A stretch of DNA of 64,000 bases, taken from contig JBEIPA010000020.1 in NCBI GenBank assembly GCA_040377305.1, positions 34,326-98,325 on the forward strand. The letters are read 5' to 3'. Both the position numbers and the translations under genes were made by a program. The stretch's first letter is position 1; every line of letters starts with the position of its first letter. Shown in pieces: positions 19,308 through 29,463 of this stretch. The DNA is from Flavobacteriales bacterium. GTDB lineage: Bacteria > Bacteroidota > Bacteroidia > Palsa-965. The notes beneath the pieces are model-generated. The model saw only the letters and a program-made list of their open reading frames with translations, had not been told where the DNA came from and did not search any database.

Positions 19308-19850
19308 CTATTCAGGAATCACACTCGTCACTCCAAGAAACCGCTTCGGATATCCCGACTTGTAATAATTCGTGATCACAACACCGTAGTGTTTATCAGA
19401 AGACGAAGAGTGAATGAACTGCAGTGAATCTCCTTCGTTCGAAATTACAATTCCAACGTGTCCAACACTGCGGTCACGATGATCGGTGCCGGTGAACAAC
19501 ATGATATCGCCTTTCCTGCACGTCTCCAGCGTAACGCGGGTTCCGACTGTAGAATAATCTTTCGATGATCTCGGAAGTTGCACGCCAAAATGATTGAACA
19601 CAAACCAGGTGAATCCTGAACAATCAAATCCGCCGGAAGGAGATGCGTTTGCGTATTTGTAAGGAGTTCCGAGAAATGTTTTTGCGTAGTCGACAACACT
19701 GTCACGCGTTGCTGCTGTTGCCACAAATTCCTGCCGTATCGAAACTTGTTCGATTACTTCCCCAGCCTGTGTACGTTGATTGTGCTCATTACAAGTAACA
19801 CCTAACGCTGAGAAAGCATGTGCAAGAATAAATGACGCTACTACGCTCAT
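19308..19850 (-). CDS. NlpC/P60 (C40) peptidase
   Basis: GTPY, GFDCSGF, HVGI, FIHSSS. Confidence 0.93.
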   Translation of the reverse strand: MSVVASFILAHAFSALGVTCNEHNQRTQAGEVIEQVSIRQEFVATAATRDSVVDYAKTFLGTPYKYANASPSGGFDCSGFTWFVFNHFGVQLPRSSKDYSTVGTRVTLETCRKGDIMLFTGTDHRDRSVGHVGIVISNEGDSLQFIHSSSSDKHYGVVITNYYKSGYPKRFLGVTSVIPE

Positions 19851-20833
19851 TTTCCTTCGAAGTATTCAAATGCATTTACGAGGTCGAGGTAAACTCCATC
19901 AAATCCGGATGCAACAACGCGGTTAACGTAAGAATCGCCGCTATTGCCAGTGATGATGTGTTTCCACGTCGGATCCCAATAGTTAACGTAATAATTAGCG
20001 TTCCAGTATGGGTCTTCTTCTACGATAAATGACGGCGGAGATGCCATCCAGAATGGTTTCCAGTACCAACGATAGCTTTCTGCCTGACCAATGCTCATGT
20101 AAGAAAGAACCAGCCGCGTTCCTCCTTGTGGTTTCGTACGAAGACTATCGAGATCAGCTTGAGTGAGCGATTCTGTTTCACTGAAGAATGCATCGATGAT
20201 GAGTACATCGTGATGTGATTGCTTCAATGCGTCGATGTATGCAGCTTTTGTATCCTGAGTTGGATTGATCATGAACAGAAAATTCTGCGCATCGGAAAGT
20301 GCGAGAATATTATTCGTGTTTTCGTTGTGCGGATTGGTCTGCACTTTATCGAGCTCGCGCGATTCAGCTGCGAAACCAATGAAACCTTCTGCATCGTTCT
20401 TCGCATAGGAATCAACAATCAGGTCGGGAGCGCTGCAATAGTCGATCACCAACACAGAAAGATTGTGTGTAGTTGCGAATCTGCATTGCGTCAACCAAAG
20501 CTGAGCTTCTTCATGCGTCTGGCTTACGAAGTTGTTCTGGTTGTCGTAACCATAGAACAATTCTTCCTGTCCGCAACCGTCAATTGCTGCGATGTAATCA
20601 GCACTCGGCGTTCCATTTCCACCGTCTTCACTCGAAAGCAGTTGCATTCCGTTTTGCGGGACTACAATGAATCCGGGTTTAAGCGATTCCCCGTGTTCAC
20701 TGATTTCGATCACGAACTTTCGCATCTCTTCGCGGTAGTCGGGCTTCACCGAATCGGTCGAACAAGCCTGAAACAGAACAATTGCCGAAGCAAGACCAAT
20801 GTATTTTCTCAAAAGGAGTATGATTTTTTCCAA
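19847..20833 (-). CDS. GH114-like endo-alpha-1,4-polygalactosaminidase lipoprotein
   Basis: Lipobox LFQAC; PQNG, YMSIGQAESYRWYW, GFDGVYLD. Confidence 0.8.
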   Translation of the reverse strand: MEKIILLLRKYIGLASAIVLFQACSTDSVKPDYREEMRKFVIEISEHGESLKPGFIVVPQNGMQLLSSEDGGNGTPSADYIAAIDGCGQEELFYGYDNQNNFVSQTHEEAQLWLTQCRFATTHNLSVLVIDYCSAPDLIVDSYAKNDAEGFIGFAAESRELDKVQTNPHNENTNNILALSDAQNFLFMINPTQDTKAAYIDALKQSHHDVLIIDAFFSETESLTQADLDSLRTKPQGGTRLVLSYMSIGQAESYRWYWKPFWMASPPSFIVEEDPYWNANYYVNYWDPTWKHIITGNSGDSYVNRVVASGFDGVYLDLVNAFEYFEGK

Positions 20834-20919
20834 AATTACTGAAAAGTATTACTTTTGCAGTCCCTAAAAACCGCGTAATTCACGACTTTTAGGTTGTTCT
20901 TTCCGCATAGTAGAGTAAT

Positions 20920-20999
20920 GCCCAGGTGGCGAAATTGGTAGACGCACCATCTTGAGGGGGTGGCGAGCAATCGTAGGAGTTCGAATCTCCTCCTGGGCA
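20920..20999 (+). tRNA. tRNA-Leu(GAG)
   Basis: GCCCAGG/CCTGGGC acceptor stem, anticodon loop TTGAGGG, variable arm, TTCGAAT; CCA not encoded. Confidence 0.95.
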
Positions 21000-21086
21000 C
21001 TTTCGATTAGTTGATTTCCGATTAGTTTATTTCCAGTTGATTCATCAATTGGCATATCGGAAATCGGCTGATCGGCACATCGAATT

Positions 21087-21171
21087 GCCCACGTGGCGAA
21101 ATTGGTAAACGTTGCGGTCTCAGAAGCCGTTGTCATTAGACTTAAGAGTTCGAGTCTCTTCGTGGGCACCA
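21087..21171 (+). tRNA. tRNA-Leu(CAG)
   Basis: GCCCACG/CGTGGGC stem, loop CTCAGAA, variable arm, TTCGAGT, encoded CCA. Confidence 0.95.
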
Positions 21172-21174
21172 ATT

Positions 21175-21404
21175 GCAGAAGCAGCGCGAGAAGTGAGAAA
21201 GAGTGAAGAGGTTCTGTACACAACATCGTTCCTAAGTTGCGTACTGAGTTTCTGCAAATGCACTCTTTCTCGCGTTGTTTCTCTCCAAATGCTGTTCGGG
21301 GAAAAAGTGATTGAACAGAAAGAGCTCATCATTCGGGAGTGTCTCACTGTTTCAATTTCCTTCTTCAGAAAGATTTCCGGAGCGCGCAACAAAATTTGCC
21401 GGAA
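21175..21404 (+). ncRNA. candidate structured RNA (two long imperfect hairpins plus a small one)
   Basis: agaagcagcgcgagaa..agagtg pairs with cactctttctcgcgttgtttct through G-U wobbles; family unknown. Confidence 0.35.
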
Positions 21405-21469
21405 CTTTAGTAGAAATTTAAAAGATGCTGTTCACTGGGAGCAGTAACCTGAGTGAAGCCAAGTAATCC

Positions 21470-21913
21470 GTGAAGACAGTAGTAATCCTCAACAAAAAAG
21501 CTTCCTTCGAGTTTTCCTTTCTGGAAAAGTACGTGGCTGGAATGGTGTTGACCGGAACGGAAATCAAATCGATACGACTGGGCAAAGCGAATATTACGGA
21601 TGGATTCTGCCTGATTCATGGCGAGGAGATCATCGTGCGCAACATCGAGATTGCTATCTACGAGAAAGGCACGCATTACAATCACGAGCCGAAACGCGAC
21701 CGCAAACTGTTGCTGAAAAAATCGGAAATCAGAAAACTGATGGGCAAGATGAAGGATCAGGGATTGGCGATTATTCCTCTGAAGCTATTTATCAGTGACG
21801 AAGGTTGGGCGAAACTGGAAATTACCCTGGCAAAAGGAAAGAAGCTCTTCGATAAGCGACAGGATATTAAGAAGAAAGATACGGAGCGTGAGACGCAGCG
21901 GAAGCTGAAGTAG
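21470..21913 (+). CDS. smpB: SsrA-binding protein
   Basis: NKKA, AGMVLTGTEIKSIR, RKLLL, GKKLFDKR; GTG start. Confidence 0.97.
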   Translation: MKTVVILNKKASFEFSFLEKYVAGMVLTGTEIKSIRLGKANITDGFCLIHGEEIIVRNIEIAIYEKGTHYNHEPKRDRKLLLKKSEIRKLMGKMKDQGLAIIPLKLFISDEGWAKLEITLAKGKKLFDKRQDIKKKDTERETQRKLK

Positions 21914-21917
21914 TTCC

Positions 21918-21953
21918 CGGTTCTAAGTTCTAGGTTCTAGGTTCTAGGTTCTA
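21918..21953. repeat. heptamer tandem repeat (GGTTCTA)n, about 5 units
   Basis: ggttctaagttctaggttctaggttctaggttcta. Confidence 0.85.
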
Positions 21954-21986
21954 AATAGAGTTTTATACTTGAAGTATATACCACAC

Positions 21987-22019
21987 AAAAAAAGCGCTCA
22001 CCTTTCGGTAAGCGCTTTT
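21987..22019 (-). terminator. intrinsic terminator, probably bidirectional
   Basis: aaaaaaagcgctcacc-tttc-ggtaagcgctttt between convergent genes. Confidence 0.8.
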
Positions 22020-22038
22020 CAATTAATATCTACTTAGA

Positions 22039-22917
22039 CTAGAAGTGGAAATGGATAAGAACAGCAGCTGGTGCAAGACCGAATGCGTTGTTATCTGTGT
22101 CAACACCAAACATTGACCATTTAGCAGTTGTAGTTGTAGTTGTTCCAACACGGTTGTTTGGAGCATCCCAGAACTCAGAAGTTGAAGTTCCTTCTCCGAT
22201 AGAGCTGAACATCAATCCCCAACCGAATTCACCACCGATAGAAATTTTAGGAAGGATGAAGAACTCAGCTCCAACGAATCCGCGAAGACCAAAGCCCATT
22301 TCAGTTCCGTACTTTCTTTCAGTTGTACGTGATGCAGCAGGACCCGAAGAGAATCCGCCACCAGGAAGTGGAGTTGTGAAATCTGTAGTAACTGGCATCT
22401 GGTAAGTTGCGTCGATTACGTTACCGTAAGTGTAAGTGTCTTTAGCTCCGCTCATAGTGAACATTGCCATTCCACCCCAGTAACCCTGAAGACGACCTTT
22501 TCCACGGCGCCACTCAAGACCACCACCAAGACCGATGAAATTTCCAGACGCTTTCATTTCGTCAAGAACCATTTCAGGCGGGTTAGATACTGTTCCGTTC
22601 TTAGTAACGTAGTTAGCAGACTTTGTGCTTCCGAATCCGATACGAAGCATACCACGGTAAGCCATTGTCTCAGAAGCAAACATTTTGCCTGTGATCATAG
22701 CACCGTTGTTTGTGAAATTCCATCCGAATGGAGCGTTGCCTTGTGTTCCGTTTGCCAAATTACCGAAGTAGTTAAGCAAAGGGTATGCATCCACGCCAAT
22801 TGCGTAATCGCCAGCCTCAGGAAGAATCGGCTCACCTTTTTTCGAAGTGAGGTCCTGAGCAAATGCTGTGGTCACACCAAAAGCAAGAGCTGCAATGAAT
22901 AGTGATGATTTTTTCAT
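22039..22917 (-). CDS. outer-membrane beta-barrel protein
   Basis: Signal peptide MKKSSLFIAALAFG, amphipathic strands, terminal HFHF. Confidence 0.8.
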   Translation of the reverse strand: MKKSSLFIAALAFGVTTAFAQDLTSKKGEPILPEAGDYAIGVDAYPLLNYFGNLANGTQGNAPFGWNFTNNGAMITGKMFASETMAYRGMLRIGFGSTKSANYVTKNGTVSNPPEMVLDEMKASGNFIGLGGGLEWRRGKGRLQGYWGGMAMFTMSGAKDTYTYGNVIDATYQMPVTTDFTTPLPGGGFSSGPAASRTTERKYGTEMGFGLRGFVGAEFFILPKISIGGEFGWGLMFSSIGEGTSTSEFWDAPNNRVGTTTTTTAKWSMFGVDTDNNAFGLAPAAVLIHFHF

Positions 22918-23055
22918 AATGTGTGGTTTTGGTTTTACTTGTTTAGAGTTCAAAGTTATAATCCCTACACGAGGGAGATGTGCCCAAATGTCCGAATTTC
23001 TTCGTTATTGGCTTATTAACAATTCGGTACTTGTTAACGGATTTCTGTTCATATC

Positions 23056-23706
23056 CTACTGTTTCCATTCACGTTCTCCTAACATCGGCACGAAGCGGAA
23101 CTTCCCATAAGACTCCGTAACTATTTGCCCATCAGGAGATTTATGAACCAGAATCATGTCCTGTACTTCACCATCTCCTATTGGAATTATCATTCTGCCG
23201 TTTGGCTTCAATTGGTCAACAAGCTTTTCTGGAAGTGAGGTCGCTCCACAGGTCACTATTATTTTATCGAATGGCGCAAATGCAGGTAATCCTTTATATC
23301 CATCTCCATAATAAAGATTGGGCTGATATCCCATCTTCGACAACATAGGCTTCGTTTTGTCGAAAAGCGATTTCTGTCTTTCGATACTATACACTCGTGC
23401 GCCACATTCCAGCAGCACCGCAGTCTGGTAGCCAGATCCGGTACCGATTTCTAAAACTTTATCGCCTTTTTTGATTTCGAGCATCTGTGTCTGAAACGCT
23501 ACGGTATAAGGTTGTGAGATAGTTTGTCCAGCTCCAATGGGAAATGCCTTATCGTCGTATGCAAATTTAAGGAACACATTGTCCATGAAAAAATGACGAG
23601 GGACAGTTTCTATGGCTTTAATTACTGACTTATCTGTAATACCCTTTCCAGCTACTTCCAACGCCAGCTTCTTTCGCATTCCTTTATGTAAGTAACTGTC
23701 CTCCAT
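23056..23706 (-). CDS. pcm: protein-L-isoaspartate O-methyltransferase
   Basis: VPRH, GQTISQPY, VLEIGTGSGYQ, APFDKI, FRFVPM. Confidence 0.96.
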   Translation of the reverse strand: MEDSYLHKGMRKKLALEVAGKGITDKSVIKAIETVPRHFFMDNVFLKFAYDDKAFPIGAGQTISQPYTVAFQTQMLEIKKGDKVLEIGTGSGYQTAVLLECGARVYSIERQKSLFDKTKPMLSKMGYQPNLYYGDGYKGLPAFAPFDKIIVTCGATSLPEKLVDQLKPNGRMIIPIGDGEVQDMILVHKSPDGQIVTESYGKFRFVPMLGEREWKQ

Positions 23707-23932
23707 GCACGATGTAAAGTTAAGATTACGTTCACACTTATATAGTACACTGTTCTTACAGATAGGAAAAGCAGACAACCAGCTTAAAAATATACATGGC
23801 TGACGACTATCGGTAACAGTGAACCAATCAACAACTTAACGGTGAACTGACTTTGTGATGTTGATATGTTACGAATGTACTCCACGATGAAGGCGATGCG
23901 TGAAAGTATTTTTGTAAGAAATCAATACATGT

Positions 23933-24937
23933 ATGTTGAAAATCGGAGTGCTTGGTGCCGGACATCTTGGTAAGATCCACATTCGTTGTCTGAAGGAGAT
24001 TCCTACGTTTCAACTCATGGGCTTCTTTGACCCTGATCCTGAAAACGCTGCGAAGGTTGAGGCTGAATTCGGAATCAAGGCATGGAACTCGGCGGCAGAA
24101 CTGACAGACGCGTGCGATGCAGTCGATATTGTTACGCCTACTTTATATCACTACGACCTCGCAGTGCAGGCTGTGAAGAAGTCGAAGCACGTATTTATTG
24201 AGAAGCCGTTGACACATACGGTTGCTGAAGGAAAATCGCTGGTGCAGCTGGCTACCGAAGCCAATGTCAAAGTTCAGGTTGGACACGTTGAGCGATTCAA
24301 TCCTGCATTTCTCGCATCGAAGCATATTCTGGAAGAACCCATGTTCATTGAAACGCATCGACTTGCGCAATTCAATCCGCGCGGAACAGATGTTTCTGTG
24401 ATTCTCGATTTGATGATTCACGATATCGACATTGTCCTGAGCCTCGTGAAAGCAAACATCCGTCGCATCAGTGCAAGCGGTGTGTCTGTAGTAAGTGAAA
24501 CACCTGATATCTGCAATGCCCGAATTGAATTCGATAATGGTGCAGTTGCAAATCTCACGGCCTCACGCATCTCCTTAAAGAATATGCGCAAGAGCCGCTT
24601 CTTCCGAAAAGACGCGTACATCTCGGTCGATTTCCTCGAGAAGAAAGTAAACATCGTTCGCATGAAGAATGTGGAAGGTCCGGTTGATGATCCGTTTGCA
24701 ATGCTCATTGACCTCGGCGCGAACAAAGGCAAGAAGCAAATTTGGTTCGAAAGCCCGAATGTCGATCCGCTGAACGCAATCAAAATGGAACTCGAAACAT
24801 TCGGCGATGCAATACGCAATAACACACGACCAATTGTATCAATTGAAGAAGGATACAAAGCGCTTGAAGTGGCGCACAAAATCATTGAGCAGCTGGCGAT
24901 AAATCAGTTGGAGTCGGCTCCGGCTGCGATTAGTTGA
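23933..24937 (+). CDS. Gfo/Idh/MocA family oxidoreductase
   Basis: GAGHLG, EKP, GHVERFNP, DLMIHD. Confidence 0.92.
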   Translation: MLKIGVLGAGHLGKIHIRCLKEIPTFQLMGFFDPDPENAAKVEAEFGIKAWNSAAELTDACDAVDIVTPTLYHYDLAVQAVKKSKHVFIEKPLTHTVAEGKSLVQLATEANVKVQVGHVERFNPAFLASKHILEEPMFIETHRLAQFNPRGTDVSVILDLMIHDIDIVLSLVKANIRRISASGVSVVSETPDICNARIEFDNGAVANLTASRISLKNMRKSRFFRKDAYISVDFLEKKVNIVRMKNVEGPVDDPFAMLIDLGANKGKKQIWFESPNVDPLNAIKMELETFGDAIRNNTRPIVSIEEGYKALEVAHKIIEQLAINQLESAPAAIS

Positions 24938-24973
24938 TGTGCGAATTAGTTGATTAGTTTATTCGGGTGTATT

Positions 24974-24996
24974 TGTCAGACTGAGCGAAGTCGAAG
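24974..24996. repeat. solo CTGAGCGAAGTCGAAG-type REP half
   Basis: tgtcagactgagcgaagtcgaag with no partner arm. Confidence 0.5.
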
Positions 24997-25236
24997 GTTG
25001 ACGGCCCGGGATTTATCCGTTGCCAGTTACAAACTGGTTGTTTTCTCAGGGGAATGGACTTCCTATTTTTATTCCAGAGAAAAGTTCTCTAGTCGCGTTG
25101 AGCTAAGCCAAGCTGCAAAATTTCGAGTTTTGTAGTCTGAATACCGAATCCCCGGTTCCAAGTCGCGAATTCCTTTATTTTTGCGCCCGCTTGCACAATA
25201 CGATGCAATATTTGGCGTTATACACGTGCACATCAG

Positions 25237-26097
25237 ATGAAACACATTCTACGCAAAGTTGGCCTGCTAGTGGTAGCCATCGGGGCTTTTGCCTTTGATG
25301 GTTGCTCCGTTTTTGATCCCGCAGAGGAGATTCCTTCTTATGTCCGGATTGAATCGATTTCCCTTCAAATCAACAATTCGGTAATCGAGGGGTCCGGATC
25401 ACAAAAGATTACAGATGCCTGGGTTTACGTCGATGGCGACCTGATTGGCGCTTTCGAAATGCCGGTAAATATTCCGGTTCTGGCTGAAGGAACACACCAG
25501 ATTCTGGTTCTTGCCGGGGTTAAACAGAACGGCCTCTCCACTACCCGCGCCATTTATCCGTTTTACAAAGGCTGGCAGAGTACGATAACACTTACCCGCG
25601 GACAAATTCTTACCGTTAGTCCGGTGGTTGAATATTACTCGGCAACCAACTTCATGTGGATGTGCGATTTCGATCAGCCCGGAACAAACATCAACGACAA
25701 TTTTGGGCCCTGGCCCGGACGTTTGCAGGAAGTTTCCGGTCCAATGGCTTACGAAATTGAGTCGGGATACGTGACTTTGACGGCAGATACTTTCGAGTTC
25801 TACGCACAAAGTTCGCTTGCCTACGAGTTCGAAGGACAGTACGACATCTATCTCGAGATGAACTATTCGTGCAACCAGAACTTTGTAATTGGACTCTATT
25901 GCGTGGAGACCGCTGCCTACATTCCATGGGTTGAAGTGTCGAACAGCGATACCTGGAATAAGATTTATATACGTTTGAATGACGCGGTCCTAACTCAACC
26001 ACCGGGGAGTCGTTATCACGTGTACGTAGCCATGAAAAAGGACGAAACCGTACCTAATCCTTGGCTTGCGATAGATAACCTTAAACTAATCAACTAG
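25237..26097 (+). CDS. hypothetical exported protein, probable lipoprotein
   Basis: Hydrophobic N-terminus ending FDGC; ITDAWVYVDG, WNKIYI. Confidence 0.75.
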   Translation: MKHILRKVGLLVVAIGAFAFDGCSVFDPAEEIPSYVRIESISLQINNSVIEGSGSQKITDAWVYVDGDLIGAFEMPVNIPVLAEGTHQILVLAGVKQNGLSTTRAIYPFYKGWQSTITLTRGQILTVSPVVEYYSATNFMWMCDFDQPGTNINDNFGPWPGRLQEVSGPMAYEIESGYVTLTADTFEFYAQSSLAYEFEGQYDIYLEMNYSCNQNFVIGLYCVETAAYIPWVEVSNSDTWNKIYIRLNDAVLTQPPGSRYHVYVAMKKDETVPNPWLAIDNLKLIN

Positions 26098-26105
26098 AGT
26101 ACTTT

Positions 26106-27527
26106 ATGAATAAGACCGCACAGGTCATTAAATACCTGTTGAGCGACACCGTAGCCGCGGCTGCCGCATGGTTTTGTTTCTATACTTATCGCAAAAAGAG
26201 CATTGAGTCAACCAAGTTCGGCATCGATTTGGATGTGCCTTACGACTCCAAATTCCTGATTAGTTTGATAGGAATTACCGCGTTCTGGTTGTTCCTCTAC
26301 ATCATCACCGGAACGTACCGCAACATCTACCGCAAGTCGCGATTGAAAGAAATCGGCCAGACCTTCCGCATCACATTCCTCGGCGTAATCGTCATCTTCT
26401 TCACCCTCCTACTCGACGACACCATCATCAGCTATCAGACGTATTATATGTCTACGCTCATGCTGTTTTTGTCGCACTTCGGTTTCACCGCTTTCGGACG
26501 CATGGTTCTTTCATCGTTCACCAACAGCCGAATCCGGAACCGGAAGATTGGTTTCAACACCATTCTTATCGGCAGCAATGCCAATGCATACAAGCTCTTC
26601 ACCGATCTCGAAAGCCAACAACGTTCATGGGGACACAAGTTTGTTGGTTTCGTTCACGTCGACAACAAGAACGGTTTCTCTGAAGAACTCCGGCAAAAGC
26701 TTCCGAATCTGGGTGAAGTAGAAAATCTCCGCAAGATTGTAAACGAAACGAAAGCCGAAGAAGCAATCATTGCCATTGAAACTTCGGAACACGATCGCAT
26801 CAATTCCATCATCAATCAGGTAAACAGCTCAAGTGTGATCGTGAAGATGGTCCCGGACATGTACGATATTCTTTCCGGACAGGTAAAGATGACGTCCATT
26901 TTCGGAGCGCCACTTATTGAAATCAATCGGGAGATCATGCCGCAGTGGCAAGTGGTCCTCAAGCGAACGATGGATATTGTTGCATCGATTTTCGCGTTGA
27001 TCATCCTGTCTCCTCTTTATCTCGTATTGATGATCGGAGTAAAGATGTCATCGAAAGGACCCATTTTCTATTCCCACGAACGTATTGGTGAACACGGAAA
27101 GCCATTCAGCATCTGGAAGTTCCGTTCTATGTATACCGATGCAGAAAAAATGGGGCCCGCCTTGTCGAGCAAAGAAGATCCACGTATTACACCTTTCGGA
27201 AAGTTCATGCGTAAGTCTCGCATGGATGAATTACCTCAGTTCTGGAATGTACTGATCGGTGAAATGTCGTTGGTTGGTCCACGTCCTGAACGCCAGTTTT
27301 TCATTGACCAGATCGTTAAGATAGCGCCGCACTACTCTCACCTGCACAAAGTGAAACCAGGGATCACTTCCTGGGGACAAGTAAAGTATGGCTACGCAGA
27401 AAACGTGGACCAGATGATCGAACGTCTCAAGTACGATCTGCTTTACATTGAGAATATGAGTCTGTATGTAGACTTCAAGATTCTTATTTACACCGTGCTC
27501 ATCGTAGTCCAAGGGCGTGGAAAGTAA
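26106..27527 (+). CDS. polyprenyl-phosphate glycosylphosphotransferase (WcaJ/WbaP-like sugar transferase)
   Basis: KRTMDI, KFRSM, DPRIT, DELPQ, MSLVGPRPE, KPGIT. Confidence 0.93.
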   Translation: MNKTAQVIKYLLSDTVAAAAAWFCFYTYRKKSIESTKFGIDLDVPYDSKFLISLIGITAFWLFLYIITGTYRNIYRKSRLKEIGQTFRITFLGVIVIFFTLLLDDTIISYQTYYMSTLMLFLSHFGFTAFGRMVLSSFTNSRIRNRKIGFNTILIGSNANAYKLFTDLESQQRSWGHKFVGFVHVDNKNGFSEELRQKLPNLGEVENLRKIVNETKAEEAIIAIETSEHDRINSIINQVNSSSVIVKMVPDMYDILSGQVKMTSIFGAPLIEINREIMPQWQVVLKRTMDIVASIFALIILSPLYLVLMIGVKMSSKGPIFYSHERIGEHGKPFSIWKFRSMYTDAEKMGPALSSKEDPRITPFGKFMRKSRMDELPQFWNVLIGEMSLVGPRPERQFFIDQIVKIAPHYSHLHKVKPGITSWGQVKYGYAENVDQMIERLKYDLLYIENMSLYVDFKILIYTVLIVVQGRGK

Positions 27528-27631
27528 TTGAGCTTGTTTTCCATTTGTAAAAGGTTTCATCCCACTTATTGATTCTCTTAAGTTATTGCGTTTACGCTGA
27601 TTTATATTTACTTGAATCAACACGCAAAACG

Positions 27632-29326
27632 ATGAAGAAACTCATTACACTACTTCTGCTTATTGGTTTTTGTAAGTGCGGATTTTCACAGATGAATCTA
27701 CAATGGGGATTCAGCGTTGGCGACCAACTTGGCGCATTGAACATTACATCGCTTACCAGCGATTCGAACGGAGATGTAATTGCGATGGGACACTTCGGTG
27801 GAACTGTTGACTTCGATCCAGGTCCAGCTAATTCCGCAACCGTAGCTCCGGGAAGCTTTGATAATATTTTTGTAGCGAGGTATTCATCTGCTGGAACCTT
27901 CACACGGGTTTTCGTTTTCGGCTCCAATGGACAGATCCGTCCAAATGAAGTGATCTCTGATAATGCAGGAGCTCTATACATCAACGGTTGTTACACAGAC
28001 TCATTTGATATTGATCCAGGTTCACAAACCTTCGTTCTGCCCGGTACTTCAAACTTCAAAGGTTTTTTCGCGAAGTTCACTTCTGTCGGCCACTTAATAT
28101 GGGCTAAGTCATTCGATGATGGATCTGATAATTACGTCCATGATCTCGCAGTTGGTATTAGTGGTTCATTACACCTGAGCGGAAGTTTTAATGGAAGCTC
28201 TATGGACCTTGATCCTGGGTGGAGTACATTGAACGTGCCAAATCCCGGTACTTCTGTGACATATCTCTCAACATTCGACACGGCAGGAAATTTTGTTGAT
28301 TCCTGGTACTACCAGAATAATCTCTCGACGTTCGCCATTTATTATTCAATTGATTATTTATCCGACGGCTCATTAATTCTGTACGGCGGCGCAACTGGAG
28401 CAATGGATGTTGATCCGACCAGCGGGACTGCATACATTTTTGGTGGCTCTCATAACTTTCTGATGCGCTATATCTCGGATAGTTTGGCTTGGTGTTCATT
28501 ATTGACCATTTCCACAGGTTACGGCTGCGTAGGCAATCTGGCGGTCAATTCGAATGATGATATTCTTCTCTCCGGTCAATTCGATGGCGAAATCGACATG
28601 GACCCTGGTGCTGGAATCGATACGATTAACAATGGTCAAGGAACCTATGACATTTACGTTGCAAGTTATAGTTCCAGTGGTAATCTGAATTGGGCACACA
28701 GTTTGGGATCACAAGGTCACGATGAGATTACTGGAATTGCAATTGATCAATCAGACAATATATACCTAACCGGTGAGCTTGACGGAGCGATTGATTTCGA
28801 TGCTTCTACAGCCACTGCTTTAGACTCGTCGACCAACTTCACGCGAGATCCTTTCATTCTGGTATACTCTCAAACCGGAGGATATTTACAACACTATTCG
28901 TTTGGTACCGCGAACAATATTGAACAAGGCATCAGTGCGACCGCAACCAATTCCGGTGTTGTTTTCTCTGGTCAGATTCGCGGGACTGTCGACGTACAAC
29001 CAGGTTCCGGCACAGTTAATATTGGCGATATGTTTTCCGATGGTTATCTCATTTCATACGATTTTGTTCTTGGTATTTCCACATTTGAAATGACCGACAC
29101 CAAATTGTATCCCAATCCTATGAACAACTATACGAACGTAAAACTTCCAATAACCATGAATAGCGGAAACGTAGAAATATATAATGCGTTAGGCCAACTA
29201 GTATCCAGCTTTGCAACTACCAACAATGAGTTTGTAATTGAGAGGAACAACCTTCCCGCAGGAATTTACAGCGTAATTGTAACTTCAGATTCAAAAGTTG
29301 CTCGCGCACAGCTAATTATCAACTAA
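27632..29326 (+). CDS. T9SS-secreted protein with SBBP-like beta-propeller repeats
   Basis: Repeated G.F.G.VDFDPG motifs; CTD YPNP...YNALGQLV...LPAGIY. Confidence 0.85.
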   Translation: MKKLITLLLLIGFCKCGFSQMNLQWGFSVGDQLGALNITSLTSDSNGDVIAMGHFGGTVDFDPGPANSATVAPGSFDNIFVARYSSAGTFTRVFVFGSNGQIRPNEVISDNAGALYINGCYTDSFDIDPGSQTFVLPGTSNFKGFFAKFTSVGHLIWAKSFDDGSDNYVHDLAVGISGSLHLSGSFNGSSMDLDPGWSTLNVPNPGTSVTYLSTFDTAGNFVDSWYYQNNLSTFAIYYSIDYLSDGSLILYGGATGAMDVDPTSGTAYIFGGSHNFLMRYISDSLAWCSLLTISTGYGCVGNLAVNSNDDILLSGQFDGEIDMDPGAGIDTINNGQGTYDIYVASYSSSGNLNWAHSLGSQGHDEITGIAIDQSDNIYLTGELDGAIDFDASTATALDSSTNFTRDPFILVYSQTGGYLQHYSFGTANNIEQGISATATNSGVVFSGQIRGTVDVQPGSGTVNIGDMFSDGYLISYDFVLGISTFEMTDTKLYPNPMNNYTNVKLPITMNSGNVEIYNALGQLVSSFATTNNEFVIERNNLPAGIYSVIVTSDSKVARAQLIIN

Positions 29327-29463
29327 ACTCGGGATAACTTTTCTCCTGTCTCCCGTCTGTCGTCTCCCGTCTGTTACTTACCTTCGGCGCAAATAAACAG
29401 ACACTTTCAGAATGAAACCGCGCCCCAAGCGGTTCACGAATTCGAAAATGAAAACTAAAAAGC

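Noticed and set aside
21172-21469. tmRNA next to smpB, or the 90-111 aa ORFs here
   Set aside because: No tRNA-Ala-like ends or tag peptide; the ORFs overlap the tRNA and have no recognisable protein features
20920-21469. Island integrated at tRNA-Leu
   Set aside because: No integrase and no duplicated tRNA 3' end elsewhere in the window
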